DNA of 64,000 nucleotides, taken from NCBI GenBank assembly GCA_963827685.1, contig CAWHBU010000004.1, forward strand, positions 1 through 64,000. Reading direction: 5' to 3'. The notes beneath the pieces were generated by a model. That model was not told the DNA's origin. It saw nothing but the letters and a program-made list of their open reading frames with translations, and did no database searches. The DNA is from an uncultured delta proteobacterium. Its GTDB lineage: Bacteria > Desulfobacterota > BSN033 > UBA1163. Made by a program: the position numbers and the translations under genes. Positions 21,109-30,700 of this stretch are shown here, piece after piece (within the stretch, counting starts at the first letter, position 1; each line of letters starts with the position of its first letter).

Positions 21109-21260
21109 GAGATGTTCGTCAGTCAGGTAGAGTGCGGCGACCCGGAATTAAGCAAAGAAGATCCGGCCTTTCGGTATGGTTACTCCGTTTCGGGGGTGAA
21201 ACCGGATTGTGTTAAGCATAAGGTGGGGACCCGTTTGCAACTTCCGCCAAGATTTACCTG

Positions 21261-21290
21261 TTGACAATGGTTAACATGTAGGTTAACATG
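21261..21290 (+). promoter_or_regulatory. Promoter/operator of the RelE-HTH pair
   Basis: TTGACA-17 bp-TAACAT, with tandem GGTTAACATG repeats; GTG start at 21296. Confidence 0.65.
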
Positions 21291-21295
21291 ATTTT

Positions 21296-21595
21296 GTGAA
21301 GAGAAATGTTATCTTCTACAGGACAGTTGATGGCAAATGCCCTGTACAGGATTTTCTGGATTCCCTGCCGGGAAAAGTTGCACAGAAGGCGGGGGGGAAG
21401 CTAATTGGAACCGAGGAGATCTGGGAATGCCGAATTCAATTTGGGTCAAATGCGTATCGTCTATTGTGTTTCTTTTTAAATCGTTCCGTCGTTGTGCTTA
21501 GCCATGGATTTGTGAAAAAGAGTCAAAAGACGCCTGTCCATGAAATAGAAAGGGCAGAAGCTTATCGAAGAGATTTTTTGAAAAGGAGGATATAA
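21296..21595 (+). CDS. RelE/ParE (Gp49/DUF891-like) toxin, apparently internally shortened
   Basis: [19 protein letters not shown]...IWECRI..GSNAYRL..F...[21 protein letters not shown]. Confidence 0.8.
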   Translation: MKRNVIFYRTVDGKCPVQDFLDSLPGKVAQKAGGKLIGTEEIWECRIQFGSNAYRLLCFFLNRSVVVLSHGFVKKSQKTPVHEIERAEAYRRDFLKRRI

Positions 21596-21596
21596 A

Positions 21597-21872
21597 ATGA
21601 GTGATCTTAAAAAATATATAAGGGAGAGGAAGAAGAGGGATAAGGAATTTGCGAAAGGGTTTGACGAGGGGTATGAGCAATTCAAAATCGGAGTCGTACT
21701 CCGTCAGGCACGGGAGAGAGCAGGGTTGACACAAGAAGAATTAGCCCGTCGGCTTAAAACCAAGAAAACCTCCATATCGAGGATTGAAAACCATGCCGAA
21801 GACATCAAGCTTTCGACATTGAAACGTACCGCTTCTGCCTTAGGAAAACGTCTTCAGGTGAGTATTATTTAA
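21597..21872 (+). CDS. XRE-family HTH antitoxin
   Basis: [30 protein letters not shown]; directly follows the toxin. Confidence 0.88.
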   Translation: MSDLKKYIRERKKRDKEFAKGFDEGYEQFKIGVVLRQARERAGLTQEELARRLKTKKTSISRIENHAEDIKLSTLKRTASALGKRLQVSII

Positions 21873-21928
21873 AATGAGGGAACGCTTCTATTTATTGCAA
21901 GAAATTTTGATGAACTCATCCCAATGCG

Positions 21929-22031
21929 ATCAGCCTTTTTAGATTTTTAGAAAGTATCCATTCTTTCTTCTAATTCCCGATCGGTAAAGAAAGAATTTTT
22001 GCAATTCCCATTTCATCCGCCTACGCAGAAG
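21929..22031 (+). repeat. 103-bp direct repeat, copy 1
   Basis: 4 mismatches versus 25635-25737 by manual alignment. Confidence 0.9.
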
Positions 22032-22247
22032 CCCTTACGCCGGTTAATAGGTCGATTCTGGTTGCAGGTCGGTTGCCTGTAACAAATTTGGCCACCCTCC
22101 TGTAAATATGTCGATCACTATGGAAGGTAGAAATCCATGTAGTTGTATTAACTCTCTGAAATCATGTATGTATTTTCACGCAGACCCTTTGGCTTAATTT
22201 TTGCTTAAATAAGATTCGGATACAAGAATTTTTTGGTAGAATCGAAG

Positions 22248-22721
22248 ATGAATCTTAATAGAATTAGAAAATTGTTTGTCCCTCTTGCAACTATATTCAT
22301 CCTGCTGTCTATGGGTGGAAATGTTTCGCCCGTCTGTGCCTCCCCAACGATTGCAACCGTTCAGAAGGCGAGTGGAACGGCGGCGATTGTCAGACAAGGG
22401 CAGACGATATCCGCAACCGTCGGTCTAGAGATATGGGAAAATGATACACTTCGCACTGGTCCTGACGGATTCATTGGCGTGATATTTAGTGACGATACTC
22501 TCTTGTCATTGGGACCAGAGAGCACCTTAGTCATTGATAAGTTTGTGTTTGCTCCAAGGGAAGGAAAATTCTCGATCGTTCTCAGGATGATAAGAGGAAC
22601 TGCAGCCTATCTTTCGGGGCTCATCTCCAAGCTTGCACCGGACTCAGCACATTTTGAAACCCCCACTGCTTCGATAGGCATTAGGGGAACGAGATTTGTC
22701 GTGAGGGTCGAAGGGAAGTAG
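22248..22721 (+). CDS. Exported FecR-domain protein
   Basis: Signal peptide; DTLRTG.DG..GVIFSDDT..SLGPES, FETPTASIGIRGTRF. Confidence 0.8.
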   Translation: MNLNRIRKLFVPLATIFILLSMGGNVSPVCASPTIATVQKASGTAAIVRQGQTISATVGLEIWENDTLRTGPDGFIGVIFSDDTLLSLGPESTLVIDKFVFAPREGKFSIVLRMIRGTAAYLSGLISKLAPDSAHFETPTASIGIRGTRFVVRVEGK

Positions 22722-22761
22722 ACAAAGAGACGCCCTACACTCAAGAAAACTGAGAAAACAG

Positions 22762-23385
22762 ATGAGGCAGTGGAGAAATGTTCTTTTTGTTTTGATCTTT
22801 TTTTGCCTTCTAAGCGGATGTGCTGCACACCGAGCAAAGCGAGATCTGATCGTCCTCTTACCTGATCAGAATGGTAAGGGAGGTGTGATCACGGTGACAA
22901 CCAAGGGAGGCTCTCAGATACTTGACAAGCCTGGATACGGAATCGAATTTGAAGATCTCAATAAGCCGCCGGTCGCTCCCAAACCCGTAGAAGAAAAAGA
23001 AATCAGCGATGTCTTTGCACCAGCCCTCTCAGTGCTACCGGATCGAACGAGCCGATTTATCTTATTCATTCTGTACTTTGAGCGTAATACAACCAAACTC
23101 ACCCATGAATCCAACGACTTGCTGTCCGGAGTCCAGAAGACTATTAAAAGCCGTAATTCAAACGAAGTCTACGTAGTGGGTCATACCGATCTTGTGGGAA
23201 CAGAGGCTTACAACGTCGGCCTCTCTTCAAGGAGGGCAAACTACGTCCGAGATCTGCTCGTTTCGAGCGGCATTAAACCGAAAACGCTGTTCGTTTCATT
23301 TTATGGCAAAGCAAGACCCTTGGTGCCTACCAAGGATCAAATCCCTGAACCCCGTAACAGGAGAGTCGAAGTCATTGTCAGATAA
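22762..23385 (+). CDS. OmpA-family lipoprotein
   Basis: Lipobox LSGC; VVGHTD..G...YN..LS.RRA..V, YGK..PL...NRRVEV. Confidence 0.88.
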   Translation: MRQWRNVLFVLIFFCLLSGCAAHRAKRDLIVLLPDQNGKGGVITVTTKGGSQILDKPGYGIEFEDLNKPPVAPKPVEEKEISDVFAPALSVLPDRTSRFILFILYFERNTTKLTHESNDLLSGVQKTIKSRNSNEVYVVGHTDLVGTEAYNVGLSSRRANYVRDLLVSSGIKPKTLFVSFYGKARPLVPTKDQIPEPRNRRVEVIVR

Positions 23386-23541
23386 CTGGAGTGAGCTCGT
23401 TTTCTTTGGAAAGGCACAGCATTTTTGATTGGAGAAAATTAAGGAGTGGCTCATTGGCCACTCTCTCGCTATTGATCGTGATCCATTTGGATCGACGTGC
23501 TGGAAAATGGTGATCTTAGCGTTTTTATGTAGTCTAAATGC

Positions 23542-25545
23542 ATGGTGGACTCGGAAAGCAGGAAACTTAATATTAGGAGAGATCGAAGAAACAGGTCACC
23601 TGTCCTACTCTATGGTATCCTTTTTTCAGTTCTACTTTTTTTTATAAATCTTGCCAAACCCACCTTTACCGACTTCCTTCATAATCGAGTTTACGACTCC
23701 CTGCTGTCCGCCGGCACAGGAAAGCCCTCTCCTGTTCCCGTCATCGTTGACATAGATGAAAAAAGCCTCAAACAATACGGCCAATGGCCCTGGCCGCGCT
23801 ATCGGATCGCCATCCTGGTGGACAAACTCAGAAATCTTGGGGCTTTGAGCATTGGCCTTGATATGCTATTCGCAGAAGAGGACAGAACTTCGATTCATTC
23901 GATAAGAAAGGAGATCCTGCGTGACTTTGGAGTCGATCTCGGATTCAGAGGGGTTCCCCAAGGGCTCAGAGACAATGACCAGAGGCTAGCGGAGGCTCTT
24001 TCAAGAGGCCCCTTTCTGTTAGGTTATCAATTCCTGTTCGAAGAAGATTCTAATTCGGAGGACTGCCTGTTACATCCATTACATGTCAACAAAATAGGAC
24101 ACGACAAGGCAGAAAAGGATTCACCCCTGTTCATTCATGCCCGTAGTGTATCCTGTAACCTAAAGATGTTTTCCGAGGCTGCGGCTGGATCCGGTTTCTT
24201 CAATGTTTTGCCGGACTCAGATGGCATCCTGAGACGCGTGCCCTTGATCATTGAACACGGAGGCAAATTGTATCCGAGCCTCGGGTTGGTAACACTGATG
24301 AAGGCTCTGGGTGTACGCGACGTCCTCCTGAAGACCGACACGAGTGGTGTGGAGTCATTATATCTAAACCAAACGGCTGTCCCCCTTACCTCAAAAGGGA
24401 GTATGCTGATCCGTTTTCGCGGGAAAGGTAAAACCTTCGACTATGTCTCAGCGGCAGACATCCTGTCCGATCGCATCCCGGATGGGAAGATACAAGGGAA
24501 AATAGTGTTCGTCGGAACCTCTGCGTCGGGATTGAAAGAGCTCAAATCCACCCCTTTCGATCCCGTTTTTCCGGGGGTGGAGGTTCACGCAACCGTTGTT
24601 GATAATATCCTAAAAAAGGATTTCCTCTCTCGACCGAAATGGGCCGCGGGCCTGGAGTCTGTAGGAATGTTAGTATTAGGCTTGCTTTCCGCATTTATTC
24701 TGGCTTGGACTGGCGCCGCTTGGAGTTCACTTTTCCTTGGAGTCGTCGCGGTGGGCGTTTGGCAGACTTCGGTGTGGATGTTTCGAAACGAAGGCATCTT
24801 CATTTCACCGGTTTTACCCTTGATCGTCTTGGCGTGTAATTTCTCCGTCATTACTTTTTTCAGATTCTGGCAGGAGGAGCAGAGAGTTAAAGAGCGAACT
24901 CGCGAGCTTGCAATGGTTCAGGAGGCAACGATTGAAAGCATGTCCTCGCTGACCGAAACGCGGGATCCGGATACAGGTGGGCATATCAAGCGCACTCAGA
25001 ACTATATCCGGCTTCTCGCCGACTACTTGAAGAATCAACCCAGATTCATTCGATTCCTGGATGACGAAGCCATCGACCTGTTGTGCAAGTCCGCCCCGCT
25101 CCACGATATTGGGAAGGTCGGGGTTTCAGACAGAATCTTGCTGAAGCCCGGCAAACTGACCGACCAAGAATTTGAAGAAATGAAACAACATACGGTTTAC
25201 GGCCGCGATACCATCCTTGTTGCCGAAAGAAAGCTTGGAAATACCTCCTTTCTGCGGATTGCTCGTGAAATTGCTTACACCCACCATGAACGATGGGACG
25301 GGTCTGGATATCCGGAGGGTCTCAAGGGAGAGCAAATTCCGGTACCGGGCAGACTCATGGCTTTGGTCGACACCTACGACGCGTTGACGAGCAAACGGGT
25401 CTACAAATCTCAGCTCCCTCATGAAAAGGCCGTCCAAATCATCATCGAAGCAAAAGGGACACAGTTCGATCCAGCCGTGGTCGACGCCTTCCTAGAGGTC
25501 AAGGAGGATTTCCGTCGGATCGGCCTCAGATATGCTGACGCTTAG
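23542..25545 (+). CDS. CHASE2 sensor + HD-GYP c-di-GMP phosphodiesterase
   Basis: IVDIDEKSL..YGQWPWPR, PDSDGILRRVPL, PGVEVHA, three TM helices, DTGGH..R, APLHDIGK, HHERWDGSGYP.GL.G. Confidence 0.9.
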   Translation: MVDSESRKLNIRRDRRNRSPVLLYGILFSVLLFFINLAKPTFTDFLHNRVYDSLLSAGTGKPSPVPVIVDIDEKSLKQYGQWPWPRYRIAILVDKLRNLGALSIGLDMLFAEEDRTSIHSIRKEILRDFGVDLGFRGVPQGLRDNDQRLAEALSRGPFLLGYQFLFEEDSNSEDCLLHPLHVNKIGHDKAEKDSPLFIHARSVSCNLKMFSEAAAGSGFFNVLPDSDGILRRVPLIIEHGGKLYPSLGLVTLMKALGVRDVLLKTDTSGVESLYLNQTAVPLTSKGSMLIRFRGKGKTFDYVSAADILSDRIPDGKIQGKIVFVGTSASGLKELKSTPFDPVFPGVEVHATVVDNILKKDFLSRPKWAAGLESVGMLVLGLLSAFILAWTGAAWSSLFLGVVAVGVWQTSVWMFRNEGIFISPVLPLIVLACNFSVITFFRFWQEEQRVKERTRELAMVQEATIESMSSLTETRDPDTGGHIKRTQNYIRLLADYLKNQPRFIRFLDDEAIDLLCKSAPLHDIGKVGVSDRILLKPGKLTDQEFEEMKQHTVYGRDTILVAERKLGNTSFLRIAREIAYTHHERWDGSGYPEGLKGEQIPVPGRLMALVDTYDALTSKRVYKSQLPHEKAVQIIIEAKGTQFDPAVVDAFLEVKEDFRRIGLRYADA

Positions 25546-25634
25546 AGAGAAAATTGTTGGAACAAAGGGGACGGAGAATAAGGAACAACGGTTGTATTTT
25601 GTGGATGAATTTTCAGCTAAACTATCCCGATTCA

Positions 25635-25737
25635 ATCAGCCTTTTTAGATTTTTAGAAAGTATCCATTCTTTCTTCTCATCCCCGATCGGTAAAGAAAGA
25701 ATTTTTGCATTTTCCATTTCATCCGCCTACGCAGAAG
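25635..25737 (+). repeat. 103-bp direct repeat, copy 2
   Basis: Matches 21929-22031. Confidence 0.9.
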
Positions 25738-25792
25738 ACCACGTCTATATAACCTCCACGAGGACCAAGGCGCAGACCAATCTCACCGCAGT

Positions 25793-27694
25793 CTATGATG
25801 CCACAATCTCCTCGGGGGCAAAAGGAAGATGGATAATGAAGGTGGTTCCAAGGCCCTCTTCACTTTCCACATGAATCTCGCCGCCATGTTGATCCACGAT
25901 TTCTTTAACGATGGTCAGCCCCAAGCCGGTGCCAATGACGTGCTTGACATTTGAGGCTCGAAAGAACTCTGTAAACAAACGAGGTATTTCTTCCCTGGGT
26001 ATTCCAATGCCACTATCACTGAGGACAATGCGGATGGTTTCATTGGCGCCGGACCAAAAGGTCATCCCGATCCGTCCGCCCTCGGGAGTGTATTTGATGG
26101 CGTTCGAAACAAGATTTTCCAGCATCTGTTCGACCATCTCCTGGTCGCCCTTAATCTTGGGCAAATCCTCCGGGACGGTCACGTTGAAGGAGACCCCCTT
26201 TTCGGCTGCCTTTTCCTGGAAGGTTTGGTGGATCCGGTCCGTCACCACTTTGAGGTCTACGGGCCTGCATTCCAGACGCCGTTGTTTGCTTTGACTCTTT
26301 GCCAAGGTCATCAGCTCGTTGATCATGAGGAGCATATTCCGAACCCGTAGGTCAATCCGGTTTAGATGTTTCTGTAGCGCATCATTCAAGTTACCCAGGT
26401 AGCCGTTTTGCACCACCTCGAGCATGCTGGCCAAGGCAGCCAGCGGCGTCCGAAGGTTATGAGCCACTCGATTCATAAACCGCGATCGTTCCTGGACCAG
26501 GTTTTCGATGGCCTCATAAGCTCGGGCGTTCTCAATGGCGATGGCCACCAGCCCGGCTGCCTGACGGAAGAAATTCAATTCATCCGGGCCAAACTGCTCC
26601 GGCCAAGTGGAATAGGCTCCCAAGATACCGATGACGCGGTTTTCCACGATTAAAGGTACGAACTGAACCGATTGCACTCGGGCGGCTTCCAGATCTTCGC
26701 CAAATTGAAAAGACTCCCGCTCGGTCACATGGCCGGTCACGAAGGGTTCGCCCTCAATGACCCTGCGGTTGAGAGGGCTTTTGGCCACCTCTACCACCTT
26801 GTGTTTGAGAAACTCTGCCGGCAATCCGTGCGCTGCAGCAAATTGCAGGAATTTTCCGTCCTCGCTAAGGAGTTTGACCGAGATCGCTTGAACATCCATC
26901 ACGCGAGCGAGCTCCGAGCTCACAATAGTGAGGACCTGTTCGAGATGCTGTTTGGACCCAATGGCCTGGGTCATGGTATAGAGGGTATTGAGCTTGTCAT
27001 TCAGTGTTGTGACTGCCTCGGTCAGTGCGGCCAGATCGAAGATCCTTTTCCCGACCATTCGCATCACGGCCGTGATAGAGATGGCGGTGATGAAGATGAA
27101 ACCGGCAAAAAACCCGAAAATCACGATCAGGTGGAAAGGTTGTTGCCTCAGATCGATGGCCTTTCCTTGAAAGAGCAAATGGTGATGGGGAACCCAACCC
27201 AGGTAGTCCGCGGCAGCCAGCAGGCCCATGCCTGCGGCGGCGATGGCAGCAAAACTGTAAGTGGAACGGCGGGACAGAAAAATAGCAGAAAAGGTGATGT
27301 GGAAGATGAAAAAAAAGATGAACGGGCTCGCCAGGCCGCCTGTGAAATGGATGAGGAGAAACATGGTGCCATAGTCAAAGCCCACCTGCCAGTAGGTGAA
27401 ACGTTCGATAGATTCCTTCTGATGGGTTTCCCTCTTAACCCGCCGGCTCAAAAAAAAGAAAACGACATTGTAGGTCAGAATGAAACCGGCCAACAACAGG
27501 AGGGCACTCGCATTGAACTCGACCCCAATCCAATGGGCGACGGCAATCCCTATCCCCATGCTCACGGGGACGCACCAGCGTAGTTTGATGAACCAGAGTG
27601 TTCTCTCCTTCAGTTCACCCAGGATAATCTTTCTACGCTTGTCGAGTTCATCAGGCAAGTTGAGCAGGCCTGTTCCCTTTGCCGGATCGGCCAT
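25793..27694 (-). CDS. Membrane-bound GAF sensor histidine kinase
   Basis: About 6 TM segments, GAF domain, VAHNLRTPL H-box, NLVSNAIKY, DSGIGIP, FFRA, GTGLGL. Confidence 0.9.
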   Translation of the reverse strand: MADPAKGTGLLNLPDELDKRRKIILGELKERTLWFIKLRWCVPVSMGIGIAVAHWIGVEFNASALLLLAGFILTYNVVFFFLSRRVKRETHQKESIERFTYWQVGFDYGTMFLLIHFTGGLASPFIFFFIFHITFSAIFLSRRSTYSFAAIAAAGMGLLAAADYLGWVPHHHLLFQGKAIDLRQQPFHLIVIFGFFAGFIFITAISITAVMRMVGKRIFDLAALTEAVTTLNDKLNTLYTMTQAIGSKQHLEQVLTIVSSELARVMDVQAISVKLLSEDGKFLQFAAAHGLPAEFLKHKVVEVAKSPLNRRVIEGEPFVTGHVTERESFQFGEDLEAARVQSVQFVPLIVENRVIGILGAYSTWPEQFGPDELNFFRQAAGLVAIAIENARAYEAIENLVQERSRFMNRVAHNLRTPLAALASMLEVVQNGYLGNLNDALQKHLNRIDLRVRNMLLMINELMTLAKSQSKQRRLECRPVDLKVVTDRIHQTFQEKAAEKGVSFNVTVPEDLPKIKGDQEMVEQMLENLVSNAIKYTPEGGRIGMTFWSGANETIRIVLSDSGIGIPREEIPRLFTEFFRASNVKHVIGTGLGLTIVKEIVDQHGGEIHVESEEGLGTTFIIHLPFAPEEIVAS

Positions 27695-27721
27695 GCCTTT
27701 CCTCCAATTCCGGGGCTAAGA

Positions 27722-30700
27722 TCAGCCTCCGGCCAGGATGCCCTCGATCTTAGCCATGAGTTTCTTGGTGTCGACCGGCTTTTCGAACATCCACCGGGCA
27801 GGCCATTCTTCTCCCGTGATGTGCTGGAATTTGTCGGGTCCCTCTTTCCGGACCTTTTCAAGGAAACTGGTTAAGAGGATGATGGGAAGGTCTTTGAACC
27901 CGGGTTTTTTCTTGAGGTCGTAAGCCAAATCAAACCCCTCGGTATCCGTGGCCATCATCACATCCAGGATCATGAGGTCGGGCTTCTTGACTTTCAGTGC
28001 TTCAAGGGCCTCCGTACCGTTTGCTGCGGTCCGAACCGTATAGCCGTAGTTCTCCAAGATGATCAGAAGAGAGTCGCGAAAGTCAGGGTCGTCGTCCACA
28101 AGGAGAATTTCGCCTTTGGTCGCCATGTTGTCTCCTTTTGGGAACGGGTGAGCCGAATCATCAAATCCCCCGGCCGCATCGCAACGCAGGCAACGACAAG
28201 CCTCGGCGCAGGCCATCTCCAAGGTGTAGCCTAATTCCACCTCGCGGAAATCGGTCCGTCGAACCTTCGGCGGGCCTTCCGGCATTGGGATCTGAGGTTG
28301 CTCTACTGGCTCCTCATCCACTCTTAAGGGGATGCCGATCATTTCTTCAGCCGGAGCAATCCATGGCTTCTCTCCATGGGTCACCCGGATGGAAGTATCT
28401 ATTGCACGGGCTGCGGTCTGGCCAGCTTTGATGGCATCAACGACCATCGCAGGCCCCGTGACGACATCTCCGCCAGCCCACACCTTAGCATGGGTTGTAC
28501 GGAGGTTCTTATCCACTTTGACCGTGGTCCGGTTTCTCTCTATACCACTCCCCGTGGACAAAAAATCAAGATCAGCCACGCGGCCAATGGCGAATATTAC
28601 CGTTTCTGCCTTTTCAATGAATTCCGAGCCCAATATCGGCTTGGGTTGCCTCCGGGCACTTTGGTCAAACTTACCGGGTCGTGTCTGGGTCAGTTCGAGC
28701 CCTGTCACCTTCCCATATTGGGTAATCACTCTCACAGGAGCTACCTGAACCATGATCCGTACACCTTCCTCCTCTGCTGCCTTGATGTTCCATGCCTGTA
28801 CTGGCATATCGTTGCGCTCGCGGCGGTAGTAAAGAGTAACCTTTTTCGCCCCCAACCGGATAGCCGTGCGAGCAGCGTCCACGGCTGAGATTCCGCCGCC
28901 GATCACAGCAACCTTTTTGCCCACCTTGATTCCTCTGCCCAGATGGTAAGCCCTGAGAAACTCAACAACACCGAACACCCCTTCGGCATCTTCTCCAGGA
29001 ATGTTTAGAGAAGAACTTTTTTGCGCGCCCGTTGCTAAGTAAATAATATCAAAGCTCCTGTCCAACTCTTCGAAAGTAATATCGCGCCCGACGCGAGTGT
29101 TGGTCTGGAGTTGTACACCGATTTGGAGGATATCTTCAATCTCGCGATCGAGCTCGTTTCGTGGAAGTCTGTAGGCAGGGATGCCCCACCGAAGCATTCC
29201 TCCTGCTTCAGGTAACGCTTCGTAAACGGTGACTCCATATCCTCGTTTCTTAAGCTCCAGGGCAGCGGTGAGCCCTGAGGGCCCTGCACCGATGATAGCG
29301 ACCTTCTCCTTCCGGATGATCGGCAGGGGTTCTGTTTTAGGCCGTTTCGCATTGTCGGTAATGAACCGCTTAAGATGCATGATTGCCACTGGCTCATCGA
29401 GTTGCCCCCGTCGGCATTTCGTCTGGCAGTCATGTCCACAGACTCGACCGCACACGCTTGGAAAGGGATTTGTCCATTTGAGTACTTTGTAAGCGTCGTC
29501 GAGGCGGCCGGCCCGAATCAGGGCGATGTAAGCCGGGGCGTCCATGTCCACGGGACAGAGGTGCTGACAAGGGCTCTTGAAAAGCTCTGAACAGACTGCG
29601 GCAGGACAGCACTTGTCAAGGATGTGAGCTTCGTACTCATGCCGGAAGTAGCGGATGGTGCTCAATATTAGATTCGGCGCGGTTTTACCGAGAGCACAAA
29701 AGGCTGTCTCTCTGATCTTTTGCGCCTGGTCTTCAAGGCCTTCAATATCTCCCTCGCGGCCATTGCCCAGACAGATTCTCTGGAGGATCTCTATCATCCG
29801 CATCGTCTCCACGCGACAGGAGATACTCTTATCACTGGCCTTATCCCGACAGAAATTCATAAAGGAGCGGACCATGTCCACCATGCAGGTATCCTCATCG
29901 ATGACGGTCATGCCGCCAGAGCCCATGATCGCGCCCACCTTCGCGAGGGCATCGTAGTCGATGGGAATGTTTAGGTGCTCCGGAGGTATGCAAGCACCGG
30001 ACGGTCCTCCTAACTGAACGGCTTTAAACTTCTTTCTGCGGGGAATGCCACCACCGATGTCGAAGACAATTTCACCCACGGAGGTACCCATAGGCACTTC
30101 AATCAGGCCGGCGTTATTGACCTTGCCGGTCAGCGAAAAAAGTTTGGTGCCCTTGGACGACTCTGTTCCTATATCGGCATAAGCTTCCCCACCCAGTAGA
30201 ATAATCCGAGGCAGGTTAATATAGGTCTCAGCATTGTTGTGGAGCGTTGGCTTCTTCCATAATCCCAATGCGGCCGGAAGGGGGGGCCGGGGCATGCCAT
30301 GCCCTCCTTCGATCGCACCCATCAAAGCTGTCTTCTCACCACATACGGACACGCCAGCCCCCTGATGTACCTCGATGTCGAAATCGAACCCTGAGTTGAG
30401 AATGTCTTTGCCAAGAAGTCCATGGGCGCGGGCTTGATCAATAGCGAGATTAATTTTCTTCACTGCCAGAGCGTATTCGTCGCGACAATAGATATAACCC
30501 TGGTGAGCCCCGATCGCCTTTGCCGCAATGATCATTCCTTCGAGCACGGCATGAGGGTCTGCTTCCATCACGCTGCGACTCACAAAAGCCGCTGGATCGG
30601 CTTCATCTGCAGCGCAAAGAACATACCTGACATCCTCTCTTGAGTTGGCACAGAATTCCAACATGATCCCGGTGGGAAAGCCACCGTCTCCCCGTCCCCG

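Noticed and set aside
14960-21900. Classical integron
   Set aside because: No tyrosine integrase and no convincing attC sites (RYYYAAC...GTTRRRY) seen; modules occur in both orientations.
26672-27583. 303-aa plus-strand ORF, and similar long antisense ORFs such as 35889..36893
   Set aside because: These are shadows of well-supported opposite-strand genes and have no recognisable motifs.
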